Under the pieces are notes generated by a model. It was not told where the DNA came from. It was given only the letters and a program-made list of their open reading frames with translations, and searched no databases. A stretch of 64,000 nt of DNA, taken from the NCBI GenBank assembly GCA_049516595.1, contig JBEKSY010000002.1:17982-81981 (forward strand). The letters are read 5' to 3'. This DNA comes from Anaerolineales bacterium (GTDB lineage: Bacteria > Chloroflexota > Anaerolineae > Anaerolineales > RBG-16-64-43). How positions within the stretch are numbered: position 1 is the first letter of the stretch; every line of letters begins with the position of its first letter. A program made the position numbers and the translations under genes. This document shows positions 21,124 through 30,816 of this stretch, in pieces.

Positions 21124-22038
21124 ATGTCGGATTTCTTCGAAAACCTGGCCCTTCTCTTTCAACGTCTCGACTGGCTCGGCCTGTTGGACATCGGGCTCGT
21201 CACATTGGTATTCTTCTCGATCCTGACCGCGTTCCGGGGGACTCGGGCGGGGGTGATGCTGCGAGGTGTGGTCATCCTCATCGCGGCGGTGGCTCTTCTC
21301 ACCGGATTTGCTCGATTGCCCGCCTTCTCCTGGCTGCTACGCACGGCTCTTCCGGCGCTACTCATTGCCCTGCCGGTCGTTTTCGCTCCTGAAATCCGTC
21401 GAGCCCTCGAACGGCTCGGGCGTGCTGGTTTTCCCCGGCGGACCTCTACCTCCGAGAAGGTGCCTGCCTACTTGAATCCCGTGGTCACGGCGGCACAGAG
21501 ACTGGCGGAGCGCCGCCATGGCGCGCTCATCGTGATCGAAGGGGATGTACCTCTGGGGGATTTCGCCGAAACCGGAGTCCGGATGGAATCGCTGGTCAGC
21601 CCTGAGTTGCTGCTCCAGATCTTCTACCCGGGCACACCTCTGCATGACGGGGCCGTGATCCTGCGCGGGGAGCGAGTCGTTGCGGCCGGCTGTGTCGTCC
21701 CGCTCTCATCCAGCGGCAGCCTTTCGCCATCTCCGGAGCGTACCATGGGCCTGCGCCACCGCGCCGCCCTAGGAGTGAGCGAGGTGAGCGATGGCGTGGC
21801 GGTCGTCGTGTCCGAAGAGACAGGGATCATCTCCGTCGCCCACAATGGGCGCATGATTCGGCGTTTGGATGTCCCTCGCTTGCAAAGCATCCTCCAGGCA
21901 TTTGCCCGCTCGCCCGGCGTTCCCTCGGCTGTAGATTGGCTTCGCACGCATTTGGGCCTTTCCCAAGCCGTCCCCAGGCGGCCTCGCGACGCAGACGCGG
22001 GAACCTCGGACTCCAAGAAGGAAGGAGCCCCAGGATGA
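21124..22038 (+). CDS. cdaA: diadenylate cyclase CdaA (c-di-AMP synthase)
   Basis: N-terminal TM helices, then DAC domain motifs TPLHDGAVILRGERVVAAGCVVPLS and HRAALGVSEVSDGVAVVVSEETG. ATG 21124 chosen over listed 20989. Confidence 0.9.
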   Translation: MSDFFENLALLFQRLDWLGLLDIGLVTLVFFSILTAFRGTRAGVMLRGVVILIAAVALLTGFARLPAFSWLLRTALPALLIALPVVFAPEIRRALERLGRAGFPRRTSTSEKVPAYLNPVVTAAQRLAERRHGALIVIEGDVPLGDFAETGVRMESLVSPELLLQIFYPGTPLHDGAVILRGERVVAAGCVVPLSSSGSLSPSPERTMGLRHRAALGVSEVSDGVAVVVSEETGIISVAHNGRMIRRLDVPRLQSILQAFARSPGVPSAVDWLRTHLGLSQAVPRRPRDADAGTSDSKKEGAPG

Positions 22039-23270
22039 GACAGGCCTGGCACGGGCTGGTAAGTAATTTGCCTCCGTTCGCCCTGGCCCTGGTTCTGGCG
22101 CTCACGGTGTGGGTCACCGCGGTAACCAGCCAGGATCCCAATGAAACCCGCACTTTGAGCAGCCCGATCCCGATTCAAATCGTTGGGATGGCGCCCAATC
22201 TCATCGCCGATGAGCCTCTTCCCAGACCGGTGACAGTTACCTTGCGGGCGCCCCAGTCGGTGTGGACGCGCCTGACGTCGGTGAATGTTCAGGTTGTGGC
22301 CGACCTGTCCCGTCTCGGCCCAGGCCCGCATCAGATCTCCCTCCAACTGAAGACCGAGGTCCATCCTGTTCTGGTGGAGAAGATAGACCCCAGCCAGATT
22401 GAGGTGACGCTCGAACCTCCCGCCAGCAAGAGAATGGGGGTGCAAATCCGACTGAGCGGAACCCCCGCGGCTGGATACTCCCTTGGGACGCCTGCCTCCT
22501 CGCCCGATTTTGTTGCGGTGGACGGAGGACAGTCGCAAGTGGAGGGAGTGGCCTCCGTGGTGGGCTCGGTGGACGTCGAGGGAATGCGAGCTGACCTGGA
22601 TCGCCAGGTGGCCCTTCAGGCCTTGGATGCCGCTGGGCAAGTGGTTTCCGGTGTGACCCTCGATCCCGGCGCCCTGCAGGTCTCCATTTCGGTGCAGCAG
22701 CAAGGCGGCTACCGGGATGTGGTCGTCAAGGCCGTTATCCAGGGACAAGTCCAGAGCGGCTATCGCCTGACGGGTATTTCCGTCTATCCTCCCACGGCGA
22801 CGCTTTTCTCGGCCGACCCAACCCGTGTCAACAGCCTGCCCGGCTATGTCGCAACAGCGCCCCTCGACATTTCCGGAGCCCGGTCCGACGTGTCCGGATC
22901 GCTGGCTCTGATACTTCCCACGGGAGTCAATGTGGTGGGCTCCCCGCTGATCTTCGTCCAGGTGAGCGTCTCGGCCATCCAGGATAGCGAGACGATCACG
23001 CGCGAGGTGCGCTATCAGGGCCAAGGCCCGGGGCTGGCGGCCAGCCTCTCCCCATCTACCATCGATGTCGTCATCTCGGGGGCCGTCCCTCTGTTGAAAG
23101 CCCTGCGCCCCAGTGATGTGGACGTGTACCTGGACCTCTCCGGGCTGAAGGCCGGAACCTATCAGCTCCAGCCGACCTGCCGTGTTCTTCTGGAGGGCTT
23201 GCAGATTGAGGCTCTGCTGCCTTCTCAAATCGGGGTCGTCATCGCTCCGGGTCCGGTCGCGACGCCCTGA
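22035..23270 (+). CDS. cdaR: YbbR-domain protein (CdaR-like regulator of CdaA)
   Basis: ATG 22035 overlaps cdaA stop (ATGA). One N-terminal TM, then repeated beta-rich YbbR-like modules. Conserved position after cdaA. Confidence 0.8.
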   Translation: MRQAWHGLVSNLPPFALALVLALTVWVTAVTSQDPNETRTLSSPIPIQIVGMAPNLIADEPLPRPVTVTLRAPQSVWTRLTSVNVQVVADLSRLGPGPHQISLQLKTEVHPVLVEKIDPSQIEVTLEPPASKRMGVQIRLSGTPAAGYSLGTPASSPDFVAVDGGQSQVEGVASVVGSVDVEGMRADLDRQVALQALDAAGQVVSGVTLDPGALQVSISVQQQGGYRDVVVKAVIQGQVQSGYRLTGISVYPPTATLFSADPTRVNSLPGYVATAPLDISGARSDVSGSLALILPTGVNVVGSPLIFVQVSVSAIQDSETITREVRYQGQGPGLAASLSPSTIDVVISGAVPLLKALRPSDVDVYLDLSGLKAGTYQLQPTCRVLLEGLQIEALLPSQIGVVIAPGPVATP

Positions 23271-23296
23271 GCTTTCCCCCTCTCAAGTCAGTGGTC

Positions 23297-24682
23297 ATGT
23301 CTAAACCGGTCGTAGCGCTGGTGGGCGCGCCGAATGTGGGCAAGTCCACGCTCTTTAACCGGCTGGTTGGAGAGCGTCTGGCCGTGGTCGATGAGACCCC
23401 TGGGACCACCCGGGACCGCCTGATAGCCGAATGCGATTGGACCGGGACGCGTTTTGACGTCGTGGACACCGGAGGCATCGACCCAACCGCGGGGATCACG
23501 GGCAGGCTGCCTGGGCCGTCCGGCCCGCTCTCCATCGGCTCAAGCGAGTACATTGTCCAAATTCGCTTCCAGGCCGTAATGGCCATTCGCGACGCCGATG
23601 CGGTCCTTTTCCTCACCGATGGCCTGGCGGGACCGACCGCGGCCGACGAGGAAATCGCGGAGTTGCTTCGGCGCAACCAGCGATCCGAGGCCGGCCGGAA
23701 GGTGCCGCCCGTGCTTCTCGTGGTCAACAAGTGTGAGAACGAGGATGGGCAGCGGGGGCTCTACGCCTTCTACCGCCTGGGATTGGGCGACCCCTGCCCG
23801 GTCTCGGCTCTGCACGGGACCGGGATTGGGGAACTATTAGATGCGCTGGTGAAGCTTCTGCCCGAGGTGGAGGCGGAGGATCAACAGGAGTCGCGGGTCA
23901 GAATCGCGATCCTGGGCAAGCCGAATGTCGGCAAAAGCAGCTTGTTGAACCGGATCTTGGGCGAGGAACGCGCGATCGTCAGCCCGATGCCTGGAACCAC
24001 TCGCGACGCGGTGGATACTCAGCTGGAGGTATCCGGGATGGGCGTGACCCTGATCGACACAGCCGGGATCCGACGCCGGGGCAAGATTGAGCCGGGGGTC
24101 GAGTACTACAGTGTCCTGCGTGCGCTGAAGGCGATTGAGCGGGCCGATGTGGCATTGCTCGTGCTGGACGCCACGCAGGGCGTAACGGCCCAGGATGCCC
24201 ACATCGCTGGCTTTATCTTGGACGCGCACAAGAGCGTCGTGGTCCTGGTCAACAAATGGGATCTTATGAGAAAGGAACCTGGTACGGTGGAGCAGTACAC
24301 GGCCGAGGTCCGCAGCGCCTTGAAATTCCTGGACTACGTCCCCGTGCTCTTCATTTCGGCCCTCACGGGCCAGCGGGTGGATGGGGTTCTCCCTCTCGCC
24401 TTGCGGGTGCAGGAGGAGCGCCTGGTCCGGATTCCCACCGCGGAACTCAACCGCCTGCTGCGCGCGGCGACCCAGAGACACGCCCCTCCAACGCGGGCGG
24501 GCCGAAAGCTGAAGATCTACTATGCGGCTCAAGTGCGAACGGATCCTCCCACTTTCCTCATTCACGTCAACGATCCCGAACTGGTGCACTTCACCTATCG
24601 AAGATTCCTCGAGAACGAGATCCGCCGGACCTATGGTTTCCTGGGCACCCCGCTGCAAGTCTCCTTTCGGAGACGGCGCTAG
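23297..24682 (+). CDS. der: ribosome-associated GTPase Der (EngA)
   Basis: Two G domains (GAPNVGKST..DTGG..NKCE and GKPNVGKSS..DTAG..NKWD) plus a KH-like C-terminus. Confidence 0.9.
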   Translation: MSKPVVALVGAPNVGKSTLFNRLVGERLAVVDETPGTTRDRLIAECDWTGTRFDVVDTGGIDPTAGITGRLPGPSGPLSIGSSEYIVQIRFQAVMAIRDADAVLFLTDGLAGPTAADEEIAELLRRNQRSEAGRKVPPVLLVVNKCENEDGQRGLYAFYRLGLGDPCPVSALHGTGIGELLDALVKLLPEVEAEDQQESRVRIAILGKPNVGKSSLLNRILGEERAIVSPMPGTTRDAVDTQLEVSGMGVTLIDTAGIRRRGKIEPGVEYYSVLRALKAIERADVALLVLDATQGVTAQDAHIAGFILDAHKSVVVLVNKWDLMRKEPGTVEQYTAEVRSALKFLDYVPVLFISALTGQRVDGVLPLALRVQEERLVRIPTAELNRLLRAATQRHAPPTRAGRKLKIYYAAQVRTDPPTFLIHVNDPELVHFTYRRFLENEIRRTYGFLGTPLQVSFRRRR

Positions 24683-24691
24683 GGCGAGATC

Positions 24692-24720
24692 TTGCCCGGG
24701 CTCCACTCCCGTCTTATAAT
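24692..24720 (+). promoter_or_regulatory. sigma-70-type promoter (TTGCCC - 17 nt - TATAAT) upstream of lepB
   Basis: -35 24692-24697 and -10 24715-24720, read directly. Confidence 0.45.
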
Positions 24721-24761
24721 CGTGCGACGCTCCAGACCCAACTGACCTTGGGGAGAGATGG

Positions 24762-25439
24762 TTGGATACAACCCAAGTCGACTCCCACACTCCGGAACCG
24801 CTCGTCCATCGCAACCATACTCGAACGATCCTGTGGGAGCTCCTTCAGACCGTCGCCCTGACCTTGCTGGTGTTTCTGGTAGTCAATCTGACCACGGCCC
24901 GAGTGCGTGTCAGTGGACCGAGCATGAGGCCGACGCTGGAGGGTGGCGAGTACATCATCGTCAGCAAGCTGACCTACCGGCTGGGAAGGCCGCAGCGAGG
25001 AGATATTGTGGTTTTTCACTCTCCCGACCCGTCGACCAACGAGGACCTCATCAAGCGGATCGTGGGACTGCCCGGGGAAAAGGTGGAATTTGTCGACGGC
25101 CGCGTGTGGCTGAATGGCGCGGCCCTGGACGAGCCTTATGCGGTTGGGCTGACCGGTTCGGACCAGACGTGGCAGATCGGTGCCAACCAAGTGTTCGTGC
25201 TGGGAGACAACCGAGCCTTTTCTCGGGACTCGCACAATTTTGGGCCGGTTCCCATGAGGGACCTGGTCGGAAAGGCTTGGCTCATTTACTGGCCTCCCTC
25301 CGAGTGGGGAGCGGCGGATCACCGCGCCGGACGGGAGGCCACGACGGGGAAGGCCTCGAGGCAGCCGCTCGGGGCAGGGATCCTGTTCCTCGGGAGGGGG
25401 TGGGAGCCAGGTGCGCAGGCAGCCTGGCCGGATTGGTAA
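24762..25439 (+). CDS. lepB: signal peptidase I
   Basis: Catalytic Ser box GPSMRPTL, Lys box IKRIVGLPGE, GDNRAFSRDSHNFGPVP. TTG start. About 45-aa low-complexity C-terminal tail. Confidence 0.85.
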   Translation: MDTTQVDSHTPEPLVHRNHTRTILWELLQTVALTLLVFLVVNLTTARVRVSGPSMRPTLEGGEYIIVSKLTYRLGRPQRGDIVVFHSPDPSTNEDLIKRIVGLPGEKVEFVDGRVWLNGAALDEPYAVGLTGSDQTWQIGANQVFVLGDNRAFSRDSHNFGPVPMRDLVGKAWLIYWPPSEWGAADHRAGREATTGKASRQPLGAGILFLGRGWEPGAQAAWPDW

Positions 25440-25529
25440 GCACGGATCGCGGGGTTTCGCGCTGAGGCAAGCCTGCCCAGCGCGGAGGGGTATCATCAGG
25501 ATGTTTGAGCCTGGGATGGACATACCGGT

Positions 25530-25853
25530 ATGCCAATGACCGAGGGAAACACAATGGACGACCAATCTCAAGCAGCGGAAGCCTGTCCCGAGTGCCAGGT
25601 GGGCACTCTCCAGCCCCAAGTGGTTCCATACTTTGCCTATCTGGATGGCCGATTGATCACGGTTCCGGATTTTCCAGCCTGGGTTTGCGACGTCTGCCAT
25701 CACTGCGAATATGATGAAGCCGCGCTGGACGACCTGCGGTCCGTGCTTGGCCCCAAAGCGACACTACCTGAAGACAGCAACCGGAGACGGCGCCTGACTC
25801 CGGACGAATCCCCCTCCTGGCTGATTCATCTCCACCGAAGGCGGCGCGCCTAG
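25530..25853 (+). CDS. small zinc-ribbon protein (YgiT/MqsA-N-terminal-type two-CxxC domain) with Arg-rich tail
   Basis: CPEC ... CDVCHHC pattern flanking a beta-hairpin-like segment (VPYFAYLDGRLITVPDFPAWV). No HTH domain follows. Start codon uncertain. Confidence 0.55.
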   Translation: MPMTEGNTMDDQSQAAEACPECQVGTLQPQVVPYFAYLDGRLITVPDFPAWVCDVCHHCEYDEAALDDLRSVLGPKATLPEDSNRRRRLTPDESPSWLIHLHRRRRA

Positions 25854-26580
25854 CCCTTCCCATTTGACCTTCCTTAAGTGCACACGGATTGAGCCGAGGC
25901 GTTCCTCAGCCTGGGGCACTCCCCTGGGGTTCGGTCTCTGGTTTGCCGGAGGCCGTCAGAACTTGTCTGGGCTACAGCCCTTTCATCGGGTATCATCTCC
26001 ACGGGAAAGGCGGCTGGGTGAGCGATGTTGCGGTTCTGGCCATGGGTCCGGCGGGCCAAACCCGGGGTGATCCGATCCTGAGCCGTGGGGCCGGGGCGTC
26101 CCTTCGCGGGACCCGAGGCAGGGAGGCATCATGCCTTCATTGCCAGGCTTCCTTTCTCGCCGGGAACGAGGATCGAGCGCTCGTCGATCTGCATGGGAAC
26201 GATTCCGGGACACCCTCCCGCCGCCCTGGATGCCGCTCGCATTCCTGGCGCAAGGCTGCCTTGGGATGGCCGGTCGCACTTCTGGCCCCTCGCGGAGGGA
26301 TTTCGCGCCTCGGATTGCAAGGTGCCGGTTTGGGTCGCCGGGGCGCTGGCGTGGCATGGACTGCCCCGTTTCCTGGTTCGGGCGGAACCTCAATTCCACC
26401 TGGCCCGGGCATGCGCCTTGATCCCATGGTCTCCAGGGGCCACAGAAATCCAAGCCATCGCCCCTCCAGCGCGCTGGGCCGGCCATGCGGCCGACGTGGA
26501 GAACCGCCCGCAACCAGCCCTGGATGCTTGCCGGCCTTGGATCTCAGGGGAGCCCAACTTTTCTTTCTTCCTCGGTAACC

Positions 26581-27858
26581 ATGGGCCGTTCGCTGGCGGG
26601 GGAAATCCTAGAGGTGGTGATTGAGGCGCTGGCCTACGGAGGCGATGCGATCGCGCGGGCTCCGGACGGCCGCAGAATCTTCGTGCCCTTTGCCTTCTTG
26701 GGCGAGAAGGTGAGGGTCAAGATCGTGGAGGAACATTCGGGTTTCCTACGCGGGCAGCTGCTGGCGGTCTTGGACCCTTCTTCCTTTCGGGTCGAACCGC
26801 GTTGTCAGCATTTTGGGGTCTGTGGGGGCTGCCATTATCAACATCTCTCCTACGGCGCTCAGATCGACGCCAAACGCTCGATCCTGATCGACCAGTTGAA
26901 GCACCTTGGGGGACTCCGGGATCCTCTCGTGAGGGAACCTCTCGCGTCCCTTGAGCCTTGGAACTATCGCAACTACGCCCAGTTTGCCCTCAACCCGGAC
27001 GGCCGATTGGGCTACTTCGTGCGCGGGTCCAAGCAGGTTTTCCCGATTGAAGAGTGCCACTTGCCGATCCCGCCTGTGGACACTCTCTGGAGGAGTCTTG
27101 TCCTCGAGCCCCCCCTGCCGTTGAATCAAATCGGCCTGCGGGTCGGGTCGGAGGGCGATGTCCTGCTGATTCTGGAGAGCATAACCGGCGAGATTCCGGA
27201 ACTGTTGGTCGAGGCTCCGCTTTCTATCTCGGCCCTCACTCCGGCAGGATCTCAGGCGCTGGTGGGAGAATCCGCAACCCGATTCGAGGTATTGGGCCGC
27301 CATTTCCGTGTTTCGCCCGCCAGCTTCTTTCAGGTCAACACGAAAATGATCCCGGCCTTGGTCCAGGAGGTGCGGAAGGCGGCCCGGCTTGAGCCGCAGC
27401 ACGTAGCTCTGGATTTGTATTGTGGGGTCGGGCTGTTCAGCGCCTTCCTGGCGAGTGGTTGCCGCCGGCTCATTGCGGTTGAGTCCAACCCGGAGGCAGT
27501 CTCCGACTTCCAAGTCAATCTCGCGGACTTCGACAATGTCGAGCTGTACCAGGCGGAGGCCGGGGAGGTGCTTTCGGGCTTGGCCGTCCGTCCGGACTTC
27601 GTGATCGCGGACCCTCCCCGCGCTGGGCTGGATAGCGATGCCTTGCGGGGATTATTGCGGGTCAGGCCACCCCGTCTCGTCTATCTCTCCTGTGACCCGG
27701 CTACCCTAGCGAGAGATGCCCGCCTCTTGAGCGAAGGAGGCTACCGCTTGGAAAGCGTCCTGCCCATCGATCTCTTTCCGCAGACCTACCATATTGAGAG
27801 CTTGGCTCTCTGGCGGCTGGAGGGATCATCGGATCGGGTGGGCCTGGTTGTCGCCTGA
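26581..27858 (+). CDS. 23S rRNA (uracil-C5)-methyltransferase, RlmD/RumA family
   Basis: TRAM-like N-terminus, Cys cluster CQHFGVCGGCHYQH, SAM motifs LDLYCGVGLFS and DPPRAGL, catalytic region YLSCDPATLARD. ATG 26581 used. Confidence 0.85.
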   Translation: MGRSLAGEILEVVIEALAYGGDAIARAPDGRRIFVPFAFLGEKVRVKIVEEHSGFLRGQLLAVLDPSSFRVEPRCQHFGVCGGCHYQHLSYGAQIDAKRSILIDQLKHLGGLRDPLVREPLASLEPWNYRNYAQFALNPDGRLGYFVRGSKQVFPIEECHLPIPPVDTLWRSLVLEPPLPLNQIGLRVGSEGDVLLILESITGEIPELLVEAPLSISALTPAGSQALVGESATRFEVLGRHFRVSPASFFQVNTKMIPALVQEVRKAARLEPQHVALDLYCGVGLFSAFLASGCRRLIAVESNPEAVSDFQVNLADFDNVELYQAEAGEVLSGLAVRPDFVIADPPRAGLDSDALRGLLRVRPPRLVYLSCDPATLARDARLLSEGGYRLESVLPIDLFPQTYHIESLALWRLEGSSDRVGLVVA

Positions 27859-27865
27859 GGAAGGA

Positions 27866-28657
27866 ATGAAGAAGAGCGAGGAACTCGAATTCGTCTGCCG
27901 CCTAGCTCAGCGCGCGGCCCGGATCCTCGGGGAGGGCTTCGGGACTCGGGTGCCCGTGGAGCACAAGGGTTTGATCGACCTGGTGACCGAATACGACCGC
28001 CGCTCCGAGGCGCTGATTCTCGGAGAAATCCAGAGGGCCTTTCCGCAGGATCGGATCTTGGCCGAGGAAAGCGGTGCCAACGGGGCCCCCGGCGAACGAA
28101 CTTGGTACGTCGATCCTCTGGACGGAACGACTAACTATGCCCATGGCTTTCCAATCTTTGCGGTTTCCATTGGTCTTTCGGATCGAGAAGGCTTGCGGCT
28201 GGGAGTCGTCTATGACCCAACGCGGTCAGAGTGTTTCTGGGGGGAGCGTGGGCGAGGGGCCTTCTTGAATGAGGACCGCCTCAGGGTGTCAGACGCTGCG
28301 GAGCTGAGGGAAAGCCTGCTCGTTACGGGCTTCCCCTATGATGCCTGGTCGAACCCGGACAACAATCTCGACAACTACGCGAAGTTCGCGGTCCGTAGCC
28401 TGGGAGTGCGGCGACTGGGATCTGCCGCTCTGGACTTGGCCTACGTGGCGGCCGGTCGCCTGGATGGCTTTTGGGAGCTCCGCCTGAGCCCATGGGATGT
28501 TGCCGCCGGATCGCTTCTGGTTCAGGAGGCAGGGGGCGAGGTCACCGATATCGATGGAGGACCCGAGTTCCTCACGGACTTACCTTCGATCCTGGCCGCT
28601 AACCGCCAGTTGCATTCCCGAATGATGGAGGTTCTCCGTCTCAAGCCGGGACCGTAA
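27866..28657 (+). CDS. inositol monophosphatase family protein (SuhB-like)
   Basis: IMPase motifs EESG, WYVDPLDGTTNY, WDVAAG. Confidence 0.85.
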   Translation: MKKSEELEFVCRLAQRAARILGEGFGTRVPVEHKGLIDLVTEYDRRSEALILGEIQRAFPQDRILAEESGANGAPGERTWYVDPLDGTTNYAHGFPIFAVSIGLSDREGLRLGVVYDPTRSECFWGERGRGAFLNEDRLRVSDAAELRESLLVTGFPYDAWSNPDNNLDNYAKFAVRSLGVRRLGSAALDLAYVAAGRLDGFWELRLSPWDVAAGSLLVQEAGGEVTDIDGGPEFLTDLPSILAANRQLHSRMMEVLRLKPGP

Positions 28658-28697
28658 GCGGAGGGCCGACCGGTCTCTTTGCCATGGGAAAAGGGTC

Positions 28698-29513
28698 TCA
28701 GCCTTGGGACCCGTCCCTCATCACCTGCTCCAAACGCTGCAGATCGGTGCGAGACGTGAGGTCCAGGCTGAGGGGGGTGACCGCTACCTGGTGCTCGACG
28801 CGCAAGACGTACACATCGGAATCCTTCTCAATGTTCGGGTCCAGCACCGTGGAGTATCCTAGTTGGGTCGGCAGATCCCGCCTCTGGCGTTCGGGACGCT
28901 GAGGGACATAGTAGCGGGTGCGCGAGAGCCTGGCGAGTTTCCAAGGCGTTTGCCGAGTGGCCTCCGTGGGCACCTCGACCTTGAGCACATCCAGGTCCTG
29001 CCAACTCAATCCGGCCAGCATCTTATCCGCGAAGTAGGCGGCAAAGTAGGCGGCGCAGGTGAAATCGACCTCCTCGGAGTAAGTGAGATGGTAGCGGCTT
29101 TCGGTCTCGAGCGAGACGGCCAGGGCGGGAATCCCGTGAGCCGCGCCCTCGAGCGCTGCGCCGACGGTCCCGGAGACCGTTACGCCCGAGCCCACGTTCT
29201 CCCCGTAGTTGATGCCGGCCACAACTAAATCGGGCGGGGCTTCCAGAAGCTCGAGCAGAGCGAGGTCGACGGCCTGAGCCGGGCTGCCCGCGATGGCGTA
29301 GACTTTCCATCGTTTCTCGCCGACCTCAACCCATTCCTCCCGGATGACCCCCGGGGACCGAGCCGGCATGCTGCGGCCAGCACCGGACGATTGAGCCTCC
29401 GGCGCCGCGACCGTCACGAACCCCAGCTCAGATAACGCGCGGGCCGCAGACCAAAGACCGGGCGAGCGGATGCCATCGTCATTCGTCAGGAGGATTTGTT
29501 TCTTTTCCGGCAT
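28698..29513 (-). CDS. surE: 5'/3'-nucleotidase SurE
   Basis: N-terminal ILLTNDDGIRSPGL signature. 271 aa. Confidence 0.9.
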   Translation of the reverse strand: MPEKKQILLTNDDGIRSPGLWSAARALSELGFVTVAAPEAQSSGAGRSMPARSPGVIREEWVEVGEKRWKVYAIAGSPAQAVDLALLELLEAPPDLVVAGINYGENVGSGVTVSGTVGAALEGAAHGIPALAVSLETESRYHLTYSEEVDFTCAAYFAAYFADKMLAGLSWQDLDVLKVEVPTEATRQTPWKLARLSRTRYYVPQRPERQRRDLPTQLGYSTVLDPNIEKDSDVYVLRVEHQVAVTPLSLDLTSRTDLQRLEQVMRDGSQG

Positions 29514-30816
29514 CGGGAAGCTTCCGAACGGTGAGTTTCAATCCCTTGACCCCGAGAATCTCGACCTTTTCCCCGACCGCAATGTGCTCGGGGGGAGTGG
29601 CTGCCATCGCCGACCAGAGCTCTCCACCCGCCTGAACCATGCCCTGGGGCGCAAGTTCCACCATGACCCGCCCCACCCGCCCCACCAGCGTCTCCTTTCC
29701 CATGGTCGTTGGACGGCGGTGCGCCCGCACAACCAGGGTGACAATCCCAACGAAGGTCGCGGCGATGGCCACCCCGGTAACCACCACCAGGGGCACGGAC
29801 ACCCTCTGGAAAGGCGGTGTGCCTGGCGAGTTGAACAGGATAAGTGAGCCTGCGATGAAAGAAGCCAGCCCAGCCGCGGTGAGCGCGCCATGGGTGGCGG
29901 CTTTGATGTCGACAATGAAGAGCACAAAGGCCAAGAGGACGAAAATCAAACCGAACCAGTTGACTGAAAGCACCCCAAGGCCATAAAAGGCCAAGGCCAG
30001 GAAGACCACACCGGCAAACCCAGCTACCCACCCGGCCGGGTGAGAGATCTCAATGAGTAAGGCTCCCGCCCCAACGGCCAGAAGGATGAAGACGATGTTG
30101 GGGTCGGTCAGAACCTGGAGCATCTCCTCGAGCAAATTGGCCGGGACCTCCTCCACCTGGGCGCTGGAGGTTTGCAAGATCACGGACTTCGTCGCGCTGT
30201 GGATCGTGCGCCCATTGAGCTGATCAAGCAGGTCTTGTCGACTGCTGGCGACGATGTCAATCATGCCGGCCTGAAGGGCTTCGCTCGCCGAGGCGGCCTT
30301 GGCTTCATCGATCGTGCTATCGATGAGGTTCAGGGCGGTTGGGGAGCGCCCTGCCGCCAGTGAGCGGGCCAGGGCCTTGAGGATGCTCTTGGTCTTGGCC
30401 TCCTCCGTCGTCCCCAGATCCTGTCCTTGGGGACCGACCGGGCTGGCCGCACCTATGGCCGTGTCCGGCGCCATCGCCGCTAGGTCGCCCGCCAAGGTGA
30501 TCACCGTGCCCGCGCTGCCTGCCATGGCTCCCTGGGGAGCCACATAGACCACGATGGGGACAGTACTGGCTCGCATGGCCTCGACGATATCTTGCATGGT
30601 GCCGATGTCCCCCCCGGGGGTATTCAGTTGTAGGACGAGCAGCATCGCGTCCTGGCCTTCGGCCAGGCGGATCCCGCGCTGGATATAGGTTGACATGGCT
30701 GGCGTGACCGCGCCCTCGGCATCCAGCCAAAGGATCTTCTGAGTTGGGGTTTCCCGGGGGCTGGCGGCAACCAGCAACAGGCCCAGGCCTAAGATGGCTA
30801 TTCGAATGCCGCGCAT
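29479..30816 (-). CDS. NfeD-family membrane-bound serine protease (long form)
   Basis: Start at ATG 30816 (MRGIRIAILGLGLLLVA), not listed 31248. ClpP-like domain (LQLNTPGG), central TM block, C-terminal NfeD OB-fold (GEKVEILGVKGLKLTVRK). Confidence 0.85.
   Translation of the reverse strand: MRGIRIAILGLGLLLVAASPRETPTQKILWLDAEGAVTPAMSTYIQRGIRLAEGQDAMLLVLQLNTPGGDIGTMQDIVEAMRASTVPIVVYVAPQGAMAGSAGTVITLAGDLAAMAPDTAIGAASPVGPQGQDLGTTEEAKTKSILKALARSLAAGRSPTALNLIDSTIDEAKAASASEALQAGMIDIVASSRQDLLDQLNGRTIHSATKSVILQTSSAQVEEVPANLLEEMLQVLTDPNIVFILLAVGAGALLIEISHPAGWVAGFAGVVFLALAFYGLGVLSVNWFGLIFVLLAFVLFIVDIKAATHGALTAAGLASFIAGSLILFNSPGTPPFQRVSVPLVVVTGVAIAATFVGIVTLVVRAHRRPTTMGKETLVGRVGRVMVELAPQGMVQAGGELWSAMAATPPEHIAVGEKVEILGVKGLKLTVRKLPDAGKETNPPDE

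Noticed and set aside
24758-25465. ORF 24758..25465+ (235 aa) as an alternative to lepB
   Set aside because: It is a frame-shifted shadow of lepB. Its translation is Arg/Gly-rich, while the 24762 frame carries all signal-peptidase boxes.
26231-26400. Degenerate about 85-nt tandem repeat (GCAAGGCTGCC..TTGGG / GCAAGGTGCCGGTTTGGG), e.g. ToxI-like antitoxin RNA repeats
   Set aside because: Similarity is confined to short GC-rich words, with no consistent period or more than two copies. No toxin gene is adjacent.
25854-26580. RNase P RNA, tmRNA or SRP RNA in the large gaps (also 43894-44464, 57569-58395, 59308-60216, 11204-11371)
   Set aside because: Core motifs recalled from memory were not found on either strand: GAGGAAAGTCCGGGC and ACAGAACCCGGCTTA for RNase P, GGGGCTGATTCTGGATTCGAC and a tRNA-Ala-like end for tmRNA, CAGGTCCGGAAGGAAGCAGC for SRP. 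Only a loose ACAGAAATCC match occurs at about 26442.
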